Source of the DNA: Patescibacteria group bacterium
GTDB lineage: Bacteria; Patescibacteriota; Minisyncoccia; Phycocordibacterales; UBA9973
Reading direction: 5' to 3'
Assembly: GCA_038064635.1 (NCBI GenBank)
Contig: JBBTSS010000029.1
Location: forward strand, 1 to 41,104
DNA length: 41,104 nucleotides
Within the stretch, counting starts at the first letter, position 1; each line of letters opens with the position of its first letter. Position numbers and translations under genes: made by a program. The notes beneath the pieces are model-generated. The model worked only from the letters and a program-made list of their open reading frames with translations. It was not told where the DNA came from and ran no database searches. Shown in pieces: positions 19,277 through 27,437 of this stretch.

Positions 19277-19663
19277 CTACCACATTTTAAACAACGCTTC
19301 GCCTCCGACCTGTTCACGTCTCGCATCTTTTCCAGATAAAATTCCTTTTGGTGTTGAAAGCACTAGAAGTCCTGAGCCGTTTCGTACTGTGTGTAAATCT
19401 TTCATAGCAAAATATACTCGTCTTGAAGACTTTGAAACTCTTTCTACTTCAGAGATTTTTGGTTTGTTGTCTACATAGACAAGTCCTATTTCAAGGACTG
19501 GATGTCCTTTCTTTACTTTCTTTGTTACTTCTCCTGCATAACCTTCTTTTTGTAAGCAAAGTGCAATAGCATTTTTAAGCTTTGAATACGGTACTGTGAT
19601 AGAAGAGTGCCCCATAGCACTTGCATTCTTCATCATTATTATCATGTTTGAAATGTGATCCAT
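19277..19663 (-). CDS. rpsH: 30S ribosomal protein S8
   Basis: DHISNM, RVSKSSRRVY, STPKGI, VGGE. Confidence 0.97.
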   Translation of the reverse strand: MDHISNMIIMMKNASAMGHSSITVPYSKLKNAIALCLQKEGYAGEVTKKVKKGHPVLEIGLVYVDNKPKISEVERVSKSSRRVYFAMKDLHTVRNGSGLLVLSTPKGILSGKDARREQVGGEALFKMW

Positions 19664-19674
19664 ATATTTTTATC

Positions 19675-19860
19675 TTACCAAGAAGATTTTCTGATACCTG
19701 GTAAATTACCTTCATTTGCTAATTCTCGGAAACAAATACGACAAAGGTTGAAATCACGCATAAATCCGTGACCTCTTCCACATCGAAAACATCGATTTTT
19801 TTGTCGAGTTGAAAACTTTGGTTTTTTGAGCGATCGCGCTACTACTGATGTTTTTGCCAT
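19675..19860 (-). CDS. rpsZ: 30S ribosomal protein S14, zinc-binding type Z
   Basis: 61 aa, RCFRCGR...[10 protein letters not shown]...KSSW. Confidence 0.97.
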   Translation of the reverse strand: MAKTSVVARSLKKPKFSTRQKNRCFRCGRGHGFMRDFNLCRICFRELANEGNLPGIRKSSW

Positions 19861-19869
19861 AAAATATTT

Positions 19870-19973
19870 TTGTAGGGTAGTTTCGCAATATCTTGTTTTA
19901 TTTCTTTAAACCTCAGAGCGAGGGCTAAAGGAGAAAAACAGATTGACTAAAACTAAACTCCCCTTACCTACAA
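19870..19973 (-). promoter_or_regulatory. Long stem-loop 5' leader of the S14-S8-L6...secY unit
   Basis: Nested complementary blocks TTGTAGG/CCTACAA, TAGTTT/AAACTA, TGTTTT/AAAACA, CCTC/GAGG. Confidence 0.55.
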
Positions 19974-19974
19974 G

Positions 19975-20003
19975 ATACTAGCAGATACTGAAAAAATAGT
20001 CAA
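19975..20003 (-). promoter_or_regulatory. Internal promoter restarting the spc genes at S14
   Basis: TTGACT-N17-TAGTAT with extended -10 TG. Confidence 0.7.
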
Positions 20004-20015
20004 ATACAAATGAAA

Positions 20016-20055
20016 AGACCCCAAGCAAAAGCTCGGAGCTTTTCACTTGGGGTCT
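20016..20055 (-). terminator. Terminator of the inserted secreted-protein gene
   Basis: AGACCCCAAG..AAAAGCTC/GAGCTTTT..CTTGGGGTCT hairpin. Confidence 0.7.
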
Positions 20056-20078
20056 AAGATACTTTTCTCAAAAAGAGA

Positions 20079-20816
20079 CTACTTTTTTTTCTTTTTATCC
20101 AACAAAACTTTTGGTGTTTTTTCATTGAATTCATCAAAAATATAGAAGCCGTCATTTTCTTCTTTCACTGCAATGAAAGCATCAGTTAGATCCAGTTTTC
20201 CGTAAAATTCTGTGAAAGGACGAAAGCGTAATCCTGTTCCAGTAGGACAATCCCATACACCTTTATCGCTGAGGACGTATCCACCTGGATATGATCCATT
20301 CCATTCAATGGAATCAAGTTGTGTAAGATTTTTGTCAAACACACACCAGGTTCCCTTACTATGTCCAGAGTATTCTTCTTCAAACCTTTCGGCCGTCAAA
20401 AAAATAAAACCGATACAGATATTTCCTGTAATATGATTAAAAGAAATCTCACTTACGCTCATTGTTCTGTTACCATTTCGAGCAATCAGAAACTGACCAA
20501 AAGTATCTTTTTGAACTTGATACTCAGGATCATAGCTTTCGTGGAAATACTCACCAAAAAATTCATCGAGTTCTTCCTTGGGAACACCGGTAAACTGAAG
20601 GCCAATACTGGGTACAGTGTACCAGCCAGTACTGTCTTGTTTCATTTCTTTTTTCCAAAGGGTCACGGCAGTTTTTTCATGAAGTTTAGGTCTCGCTTGT
20701 CCACTAAAAAAAGTTTTACGAAAATCTGTAACTTTTTGTGTCTGAGCCAAAGCGTGGAATGGAAAAGAAAGAGCAAAAAACAAAATGGTGGTAAGCAGAA
20801 AATTTGAATTTTTCAT
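20079..20816 (-). CDS. Hypothetical secreted protein inserted between rplE and S14
   Basis: Sec signal MKNSNFLLTTILFFALSFPFHALA|Q; aromatic, beta-rich mature part; Lys-rich C-terminus; has its own promoter and terminator. Confidence 0.75.
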   Translation of the reverse strand: MKNSNFLLTTILFFALSFPFHALAQTQKVTDFRKTFFSGQARPKLHEKTAVTLWKKEMKQDSTGWYTVPSIGLQFTGVPKEELDEFFGEYFHESYDPEYQVQKDTFGQFLIARNGNRTMSVSEISFNHITGNICIGFIFLTAERFEEEYSGHSKGTWCVFDKNLTQLDSIEWNGSYPGGYVLSDKGVWDCPTGTGLRFRPFTEFYGKLDLTDAFIAVKEENDGFYIFDEFNEKTPKVLLDKKKKK

Positions 20817-20898
20817 TGTTGTTTAACAATTTTAAGTGTGCGTTAATTAGCCCACCAAGCACAAAACCTTTATGCTCAAAGGGCTAATACGCAGACTA

Positions 20899-20954
20899 TT
20901 TTTAAAGAGCTTAATATATCTGTACATAATACCATATTTAACTGAAAAAGTCAA
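20899..20954 (-). promoter_or_regulatory. Promoter plus boxA-like motif for 20079..20816
   Basis: TTGACT-N17-TATTAT (20954..20926) then GCTCTTTAAAAA (20910..20899). Confidence 0.65.
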
Positions 20955-20963
20955 TATAAGAAC

Positions 20964-20999
20964 AAAAATACCCTCATCTTGCTAGATAAGGGTATTTTT
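20964..20999 (-). terminator. Terminator after rplE
   Basis: AAAAATACCCT...AGGGTATTTTT hairpin. Confidence 0.75.
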
Positions 21000-21018
21000 A
21001 ATGTTTATGTATTTAAAA

Positions 21019-21588
21019 TTATTTTTTCTTTGCTATCTCTTCTTCTTTCTTGAAAGGAACACCTACTAGTTCAAAGAATGTTAGACCTTCTTCTTTTGTT
21101 TTAGCAGTAGAAACGATAGTAACAGAAAGTCCAAAAACATCTCTTATGTCTTCATCAGCAGTTTCAGGGAAGATAGTGTGTTCTTTGATACCGATAGTGA
21201 TGTTTCCGATATTGTCTACTATTTTCTTTGAAAGTCCTCTCCAGTCTTTTGTTCGAGGAAGAGCGATGTTAAAGAATTTCTCAAGGAAGCCATACATTCT
21301 CTTCCCGCGAAGTGTCACCACTACACCGATAGGGTCTCCTTGTCTGATTTTGAAAGTTGAGATAGATTGCTTTGCACCTTTTTTAACAGGAGCTTGTCCA
21401 GTGATCTTTGCAAGACGAGCTGCGATATCATCGTTCTTATTCTTGTCCTTTTTGATCAAAGTTCCAGTACCGACGTTTATCACAACCTTGACTAGCTTTG
21501 GAGCAGCCATGACGTTTTTATAATGAAACACAGGTTTCATTGTTTTAAACGCCTCTATTTCTTTTTCTTTTACAGTTAAATGTTTCAT
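21019..21588 (-). CDS. rplE: 50S ribosomal protein L5
   Basis: PKLVKVVINVG, ITGQAP, FKIRQG, VTLRG, IFPE. Confidence 0.98.
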   Translation of the reverse strand: MKHLTVKEKEIEAFKTMKPVFHYKNVMAAPKLVKVVINVGTGTLIKKDKNKNDDIAARLAKITGQAPVKKGAKQSISTFKIRQGDPIGVVVTLRGKRMYGFLEKFFNIALPRTKDWRGLSKKIVDNIGNITIGIKEHTIFPETADEDIRDVFGLSVTIVSTAKTKEEGLTFFELVGVPFKKEEEIAKKK

Positions 21589-21605
21589 ACAATTAAAATT
21601 CTTTA

Positions 21606-21911
21606 TTACACTTCTTGATTACTCTTTCTTGCAATACGTACAAATTTGTCTCCAACTTTCTTCTTTCCGAGTCTTGTCCCCTTTCCTGTCTTTGGATCTA
21701 CAAGCATTACGTTTGAAGCATTAAGTGGCATTGAAAGACTAATAGTAGTTCCTTTTTCATTACTCTTTCTTGGACGTTGATGTTTCTTTACCATATTCAA
21801 GCCTTCAACTACTACTTTGTTGTCAGTAGGTAAAACACGCATGATCTTGCCTTTTTTGCCTTTGTCCTTTCCTGCTATTATTATTACATTGTCTCCTTTT
21901 TTTAATTTCAT
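21606..21911 (-). CDS. rplX: 50S ribosomal protein L24
   Basis: KKGDNVIIIAGKDKGKKG KOW motif. Confidence 0.97.
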   Translation of the reverse strand: MKLKKGDNVIIIAGKDKGKKGKIMRVLPTDNKVVVEGLNMVKKHQRPRKSNEKGTTISLSMPLNASNVMLVDPKTGKGTRLGKKKVGDKFVRIARKSNQEV

Positions 21912-21937
21912 TTTTTTATTTAAATATTTATATAAGC

Positions 21938-22309
21938 TTAAATAACTTCGGGCGCAAGAGAAATAATCTTTTGGAAACCTTTCTCAGCAAGTTCTCTCGG
22001 TATTGGTCCGAATACACGTCCAGCTTTTGGATCCATCTTTCCTTTTTCAAGTATCACAACGGCGTTATCGTCAAAACGAATATATGATCCATCTTTTCTT
22101 CTGTATGCAGCACGAGTTCGTACTACTACTGCCTGATGAACGTCTTTCTTCTTTACAGCCTTACGAGGTGAAGCTACTTTAACTGTGATAACCACAAGCT
22201 CTCCAATACTAGCGTATCTTTTCTTTGAACTACCAAGAACCTTGAACACTTGTCCTACGGTACCTCCTGCATTGTCTGTTATTTTAACTATTGTTTGTGG
22301 TTGAATCAT
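21938..22309 (-). CDS. rplN: 50S ribosomal protein L14
   Basis: IRFDDNAVV, RVFGPIPREL, KIISLAPEVI. Confidence 0.98.
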   Translation of the reverse strand: MIQPQTIVKITDNAGGTVGQVFKVLGSSKKRYASIGELVVITVKVASPRKAVKKKDVHQAVVVRTRAAYRRKDGSYIRFDDNAVVILEKGKMDPKAGRVFGPIPRELAEKGFQKIISLAPEVI

Positions 22310-22313
22310 AAAA

Positions 22314-22592
22314 TTATTTTACTACTTTAAATCTTTTATCTTTTGAGATTGGTCGTACTTCTACTATGTCTACCTTATCTCCTGTCTTTACAGTATTATC
22401 TTCGTCGTGCGCCTTGTATTTTTTGTTGATTTGGTAGAACTTACCGTATTTTGGATGTTTTACGAAACGAGACACAGATACTACGACAGTCTTGTCCATC
22501 TTGTCAGAAACAACAACACCACTTAAAACCTTTCCGGTCTTCGCCTTTACTTCTGCTTTAACTTCTTTTGTTTTTTTTGCTTTAAGTGCCAT
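22314..22592 (-). CDS. rpsQ: 30S ribosomal protein S17
   Basis: [27 protein letters not shown]. Confidence 0.97.
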   Translation of the reverse strand: MALKAKKTKEVKAEVKAKTGKVLSGVVVSDKMDKTVVVSVSRFVKHPKYGKFYQINKKYKAHDEDNTVKTGDKVDIVEVRPISKDKRFKVVK

Positions 22593-22597
22593 ATATG

Positions 22598-22795
22598 TTA
22601 TTTATTTTTATTATTTTTATTGATTGCTGTCAATACTCGTGCAATTTCTTTTTTGATTGAAAAAATTTCTTTTACGTTCTTTGTTTTTGAACCTTGCATA
22701 CTAAACTTGATAGCACGTACGTTTTCACGCAAAGCTACAAGCTTTTCTTTTAAATCCTCCATTTTTAAATTGTTCAAAACTTCTTTTTTCTTCAT
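22598..22795 (-). CDS. rpmC: 50S ribosomal protein L29
   Basis: [10 protein letters not shown]; position between rplP and rpsQ. Confidence 0.93.
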   Translation of the reverse strand: MKKKEVLNNLKMEDLKEKLVALRENVRAIKFSMQGSKTKNVKEIFSIKKEIARVLTAINKNNKNK

Positions 22796-22799
22796 AAAA

Positions 22800-23225
22800 T
22801 TATTTATTTACTCTTGCTACGATTCTTGTCTTTACTGGCAATTTTGCTCCTGCTTTTCTCAAAGCTTCACGAGCAACAGCTTCTTCTACTCCGTCAACTT
22901 CAAATAGAATTCTTCCAGGTAATACTTCACAGCAATATCCTTGTGGGTCTCCTTTACCCTTTCCCATACCTACTTGAGCAGCTTTTTGTGTAAAAGGTCG
23001 ATCAGGGAAAACTCTTATCCAGTATTTACCAGTCTTAGTAAGTGTACGAGAGATAACCTTTCTACTTGATTCTAATTGGTTAGATTTTACTCTTCCTTCA
23101 CTTTCAGCTTTTAAACCGAAAGAACCGAAAGATAACTTTGTACCTCTAGTTTCAGGCGTAATCTTCTTTGGATTGGTACGCTTACTCTGCCACTTTCTAA
23201 ATTTTACTTTTTTAGGGATTAACAT
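22800..23225 (-). CDS. rplP: 50S ribosomal protein L16
   Basis: WIRVFPDRP, MGKGKG, KLPVKT. Confidence 0.98.
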   Translation of the reverse strand: MLIPKKVKFRKWQSKRTNPKKITPETRGTKLSFGSFGLKAESEGRVKSNQLESSRKVISRTLTKTGKYWIRVFPDRPFTQKAAQVGMGKGKGDPQGYCCEVLPGRILFEVDGVEEAVAREALRKAGAKLPVKTRIVARVNK

Positions 23226-23234
23226 AAATTTAAA

Positions 23235-23912
23235 TTAACTATTTTTACTATTTTTCTTTTCAGCAAAGATTTTACCACGGTATATCCATACCTTTATTCC
23301 GATAACACCGTATGCTAAGTTTGCACGTTCTCGCTTAAAATCAATGTCCGCGCGGAAAGTCTGAAGTGGGATAGACCCTCTCTTAAGCTCTTCCGTACGA
23401 GCAATTTCAGCTCCACCAAGTCTTCCTCCTAGAACAAATCTTGCTCCTTGTACTCCTGGTGCTTGCATAACCTTATCAAGTAATTGCTTCATCACTCTTC
23501 TGTATGTCATTCTTTTCTCAAGTCCTTCAGCTATCATATATGCAACAATAGCGGCATCAGCTTCTGGATTTGTAACTTCAACTATTTCAAGCTTAAAATC
23601 TTCTTGTTTTGGAAGTTTTAGTTTATCCATCTTCTTTAAGATGTCATCTTTAAGACGAGTAACTCCTTCACCATTTCTTCCAATGATAAGACCTGGACGT
23701 GAAGTACGAATTATGAAACGAGTGGTCTTTTGATTTCTTTCAATTTCAATAGAAGAAACATACATACCACGAAGTTTCTTTTCTAGGTATTCACGAATAA
23801 GCACATCCCCTTTCAAGAATGCAGTATATTTTTTGGTATCAGCAAACCAACGAGATTTCCAATCTCGAAGTATTACTAATCTATGTGCGTATGGGTGAAC
23901 TATTTTTGACAT
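23235..23912 (-). CDS. rpsC: 30S ribosomal protein S3
   Basis: SRPGLIIGRNG KH domain, GRLGGAEIARTE, GVIGIKVWI. Confidence 0.98.
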   Translation of the reverse strand: MSKIVHPYAHRLVILRDWKSRWFADTKKYTAFLKGDVLIREYLEKKLRGMYVSSIEIERNQKTTRFIIRTSRPGLIIGRNGEGVTRLKDDILKKMDKLKLPKQEDFKLEIVEVTNPEADAAIVAYMIAEGLEKRMTYRRVMKQLLDKVMQAPGVQGARFVLGGRLGGAEIARTEELKRGSIPLQTFRADIDFKRERANLAYGVIGIKVWIYRGKIFAEKKNSKNS

Positions 23913-23913
23913 A

Positions 23914-24348
23914 TTATTGTTTCTTGGTTGTTTTCTTTTTTGTAATTACTTTTTTAACTTTCTTTTCTACTGGTTCAGCAATTTTTGTTGTTTTTGAAAT
24001 TTTTCCACCCTTAACTTTCTTTTCTGAAATATCAGCCAAAAGTATGTTCAAGTGGCTTGTTCTCTTGTTTATCCGGTACCCTCTTCCCATAGCTCGAGGC
24101 ATCATTCTTTTCATTACGATACCTTTGTCTACGGTAAGTTCTTTTACAAAAAGATCTGCTTGTTCTTTACCCATATTCTTTGCATTAGCAACAGCAGAAA
24201 GCAAAAGCTTCTTTATAGGTAGCCCTGCTCTCTTTGCTAAAAAGTCTAAAGAAACAACCGCTTGGTCTACACTTTTTCCTTTTATAAGATCCGCAACAAG
24301 ACGAACTTTTCTAGGTGATTGTCTGTAATTTTTTAAAAATGCTTTCAT
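23914..24348 (-). CDS. rplV: 50S ribosomal protein L22 (Lys-rich C-terminal extension)
   Basis: SPRKVRLVADLI, SAVANA, PRAMGR, KRTSH. Confidence 0.97.
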   Translation of the reverse strand: MKAFLKNYRQSPRKVRLVADLIKGKSVDQAVVSLDFLAKRAGLPIKKLLLSAVANAKNMGKEQADLFVKELTVDKGIVMKRMMPRAMGRGYRINKRTSHLNILLADISEKKVKGGKISKTTKIAEPVEKKVKKVITKKKTTKKQ

Positions 24349-24432
24349 GTTTGTTTTATAAATTCTGTTCTTCTATATTTCTAACTTGTGATTATAACTA
24401 ATTTATTAAAAGTGCTTTTATGATGGTAGTAA

Positions 24433-24789
24433 TTATTTCTTCTTAGCAGTAGAAGCACTTGATGCTGCAGCAGTAGCTGCTTTTGCTTGAGTGATTTCAG
24501 CTTCTTTCTTCTTTTGTTCAAGCTCTTTCTGCATCTTTCCTCCGTGTTTGATAAATTTCTTTGTTGGGGAAAATTCACCAAGTCTGTGACCTACCATGTC
24601 TTCTGTAACAATGACTTCTATGTGAACCTTTCCGTTATAAACACCAAAAGTAAAACCAACCATTTCTGGGGCTATTGTTGCTGCTCTATTCCATGTCTTT
24701 ATCATGGGTGTTTGCATTGGACTTTTACCTACTATTTTCTTTAGCAGTCTCTCGTCTAGATATATTCCTTTTTTAAGTGATCGTGTCAT
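24433..24789 (-). CDS. rpsS: 30S ribosomal protein S19 (Lys/Ala-rich C-terminal extension)
   Basis: MTRSLKKG, MVGHRLGEFSPT. Confidence 0.98.
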   Translation of the reverse strand: MTRSLKKGIYLDERLLKKIVGKSPMQTPMIKTWNRAATIAPEMVGFTFGVYNGKVHIEVIVTEDMVGHRLGEFSPTKKFIKHGGKMQKELEQKKKEAEITQAKAATAAASSASTAKKK

Positions 24790-24830
24790 AAAATTAAGTA
24801 AACAAAAAGCTCTGAATTGAGCTACGACTT

Positions 24831-24858
24831 ATAGTAGCAAAATATAAATAAAAGTCAA
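24831..24858 (-). promoter_or_regulatory. Internal promoter restarting the S10 genes at rpsS
   Basis: TTGACT-N16-TACTAT with extended -10 TG. Confidence 0.7.
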
Positions 24859-24869
24859 ATATAAAGAAG

Positions 24870-24902
24870 AATTGCCCTAACCTTTGAAAGCTTAGGGCAA
24901 TT
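24870..24902 (-). terminator. Terminator of the two-small-ORF cassette
   Basis: AATTGCCCTAA...TTAGGGCAATT hairpin. Confidence 0.65.
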
Positions 24903-24936
24903 TTATTAGATGAACAAAACACTTTTTCTTATTAAA

Positions 24937-25149
24937 TCAAAGTTCAGTTATTGTATAACCTAAAGGCGTACTACCAGTAAAAATAATAACCTCTATTTTT
25001 CGTAATACTCCACCAGAACTTTTTTCTCCTATTTTCTCCCCTGTCTTAAGATGTTTAGCTCTTTCTTTAATCTCAAGAAGAGTGTTCCGGTCTGTATTAG
25101 AAAGCGGACCACCACTTTCATTAACTAAGAAAGAAAAGTAATTTTTCAT
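24937..25149 (-). CDS. Small hypothetical protein (70 aa)
   Basis: ATG preceded by the cassette-type spacer TTCACTTTAAAAATTTTTAATC; fills the gap before a terminator. Confidence 0.6.
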   Translation of the reverse strand: MKNYFSFLVNESGGPLSNTDRNTLLEIKERAKHLKTGEKIGEKSSGGVLRKIEVIIFTGSTPLGYTITEL

Positions 25150-25173
25150 GATTAAAAATTTTTAAAGTGAAAG

Positions 25174-25362
25174 TTATTTTTTCTTTTTCTTTTTCTTTCC
25201 AGGAAGTTCTTTTGAAAGAAGTTCGATCACCTTTGTAATGTTCAACTTTTCTTTTCTATGTATAAAAGAAAAACATTCTCGTGACTGCTTCTTTGTACAA
25301 GTACCTCCCATCTGCCATCTACGACAGTATGTGCAATATTGCGGGTCTGCTATTCCACTCAT
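25174..25362 (-). CDS. Small Cys4 putative zinc-binding protein (62 aa) with poly-Lys tail
   Basis: CTYC...C...C; first ORF after a boxA-like GATCTTTTAACA (25391..25380). Confidence 0.6.
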   Translation of the reverse strand: MSGIADPQYCTYCRRWQMGGTCTKKQSRECFSFIHRKEKLNITKVIELLSKELPGKKKKKKK

Positions 25363-25480
25363 ATTTTTAAAGTTTAGATTGTTAAAAGATCTATTTTCAA
25401 TAAAAATCTATACCTAGAAAATAATATGTACAGTTAATTACAATAAAAATGCAATAAATAGCCGGTATGTTAAATAACAC

Positions 25481-25508
25481 TTGCAAATAAAGAGTTTTAT
25501 GGTATAGT
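25481..25508 (+). promoter_or_regulatory. Promoter of the TrmB-family gene
   Basis: TTGCAA-N16-TATAGT with extended -10 TG. Confidence 0.65.
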
Positions 25509-25520
25509 AAATAAATTATT

Positions 25521-25541
25521 GTTGTACAAAATATGTACAAC
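25521..25541. promoter_or_regulatory. Putative operator (inverted repeat)
   Basis: GTTGTACA-aaata-TGTACAAC between the -10 box and the TrmB start. Confidence 0.6.
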
Positions 25542-25551
25542 TTTTAAATTT

Positions 25552-26295
25552 ATGACTGATATAAAGAAAATATTAAATAACTTTGGATTTTCAGATAATG
25601 AAATCCGTGTATATACTGCAATGCTAAAGTCTGGCGAGGCTCCTGTGAGTCGTATCGCTACCTTAGCGAAGCTTAACCGTATAACGGTACATCATATAGT
25701 AGAGCGTCTTGAAGCTCGTGGTTTTGCTACACGATTCAATAAAGGTAATACAAAAGTAGTACGTCCTGCACATCCTATACATTTACAGAAAAGAATCCAC
25801 GAATCCTCTGCCCTATTTGATAAAGTAGTACCCGAACTCGTCGCCACCATGCGTGATGACTCAAATAAATCTAAACCTATCGTGCGTATGTATTACGGAG
25901 TAAAAGGTTTCGAAGACGCAGCAGAGGAGCTCTTAGAAAAACCAAACATAACAATAAGACATATCGGATCTTTAAAAGAAGCTCACAAATTCATCGGGGT
26001 AGCCTACGATCGTGATTATTTTGTTCCAACTCGAGTATCAAAAAATATTCATTACAAAACGATTCATTACGAAGGTGAGACAAAACCAGTACTCCGAACA
26101 ACTGACAAAGACGATTTACGAGAGGCTCGTTATATACCTAAAGGATACGATATACCTACAAATGTCTTTATCGTACCAGGCAAAACAATCATCGTCACCA
26201 CAGACCAAGAACTCATGACAGTTGTCATAGAAAGTGAAGATATAAGCAATTCAGAAATAAATAAATTTGAACTCATGTGGTCTTTACTCAAATAA
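25552..26295 (+). CDS. TrmB-family transcriptional regulator
   Basis: N-terminal wHTH (FGFSDNEIRVYTAML...RITVHHIVERLEARG), P-x-VRMYYGVKG linker, C-terminal effector domain ending FELMW. Start moved to ATG 25552. Confidence 0.85.
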   Translation: MTDIKKILNNFGFSDNEIRVYTAMLKSGEAPVSRIATLAKLNRITVHHIVERLEARGFATRFNKGNTKVVRPAHPIHLQKRIHESSALFDKVVPELVATMRDDSNKSKPIVRMYYGVKGFEDAAEELLEKPNITIRHIGSLKEAHKFIGVAYDRDYFVPTRVSKNIHYKTIHYEGETKPVLRTTDKDDLREARYIPKGYDIPTNVFIVPGKTIIVTTDQELMTVVIESEDISNSEINKFELMWSLLK

Positions 26296-26342
26296 AGACT
26301 TAATTTTGCTATTTAATATCTAAATTGATAAAATCACCATAT

Positions 26343-27389
26343 ATGAAAGAAAGTAGAACCTACCTACAAAACATAAAAAATACTCAAGAATACCCACCTA
26401 AAACAGTACTAGAGCAAGAACTTGCGATGGAGCTTCAAACATTATTGGATGATAAAAACTTTAAGGGACCTAAATTAGATATAACTTTATATTTTGGAAT
26501 TCATGCTACAGAAAATTCAGCAAAAGAATTAGCTACATATTGCAAAGAACAAAATATAGATGTATTAGCGGATGAATATGTTTATACCGGGGATATTCTT
26601 GATCCAGATTTACTAGAAAAGAAAAAAAGTTTAGCTGAAGAATCTTCAATATACGGTGAAACACTAAAAAAAGAATTAAATATCCCAACTTTTAGTCACG
26701 ACTTAACACCTGGAGACTTCTTAAGAAAAGATCTAATTCGTGGATTAATAGAAACGAGCCCCTTGGAAGATGAAATGTATCAAGACATAAGAGAAAATGA
26801 TTTCAACGAATTTTGCGAAAAGACTACTGATAAATATGAGAAATTTCGAAATATGCAAAGGACAAGAGAAGGTGTAGTTCTGCAAACTTTTGCTGAAAAA
26901 ACAGCTAAAAATATAATTTCTAACAAAGTACAAGACAAAGAAGAGTTAAAAACTCTAGTCTTTTTTGGCATAGATCACTATCAATTCTATAGAAATTTTT
27001 CTCATATACATCCTAATTTTAAAATCCATTTTCAAGACACTTATTTAAATGAATTCATTAAAAATAACCCTGGAAAGACCCCACCTTTTGCTTTAGGAAT
27101 GGCAGCTTATAATTCAATAAAAAACGAAGAAGAACAATTTATAGAACATACAGAATCTGAAAAAGATCCTTACAGGTACATAGCCCAAGAGTTAAGATTA
27201 CGACTAAACAATGAAGAGTTTCATAATTGGAAACAATCTCTTTTTGATAAAAGTCAGCCTGGAAAAGTATATGAACATATAGCAAAAGATATAGACAAAA
27301 TGGCACAAAAATACTCAGAAAAAGAAAGCTCTTATTACAAAGTAGCTAAAGAACTCTTTGATGAATTTAAAGAAGCATTGAATGGATAA
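26343..27389 (+). CDS. Hypothetical protein, possible TraB/Tiki/EreA/ChaN-like metallohydrolase
   Basis: Long ORF; ordered motifs FGIH, DVLADE, SHD, RTRE, VFFGIDH. Start moved to ATG 26343. Family call is a by-eye inference. Confidence 0.6.
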   Translation: MKESRTYLQNIKNTQEYPPKTVLEQELAMELQTLLDDKNFKGPKLDITLYFGIHATENSAKELATYCKEQNIDVLADEYVYTGDILDPDLLEKKKSLAEESSIYGETLKKELNIPTFSHDLTPGDFLRKDLIRGLIETSPLEDEMYQDIRENDFNEFCEKTTDKYEKFRNMQRTREGVVLQTFAEKTAKNIISNKVQDKEELKTLVFFGIDHYQFYRNFSHIHPNFKIHFQDTYLNEFIKNNPGKTPPFALGMAAYNSIKNEEEQFIEHTESEKDPYRYIAQELRLRLNNEEFHNWKQSLFDKSQPGKVYEHIAKDIDKMAQKYSEKESSYYKVAKELFDEFKEALNG

Positions 27390-27435
27390 AAACAAAAAAA
27401 CGACTAGGTAATACCTAGTCGTTTTTTTGTTTTTA
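27387..27435. terminator. Bidirectional terminator after rplB (24-bp perfect arms)
   Basis: TAAAAACAAAAAAACGACTAGGTA-a-TACCTAGTCGTTTTTTTGTTTTTA. Confidence 0.85.
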
Positions 27436-27437
27436 GA

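Noticed and set aside
20319-20807. 162-aa plus-strand ORF over the secreted-protein gene
   Set aside because: The minus-strand ORF has a signal peptide, promoter and terminator; this one has no supporting signals.
24381-24581. Alternative-frame ORFs overlapping the ends of rpsS (24381..24581) and rplB (27404..27586) as programmed frameshift products
   Set aside because: Both main genes are complete with normal stops; no convincing slippery site or stimulator seen.
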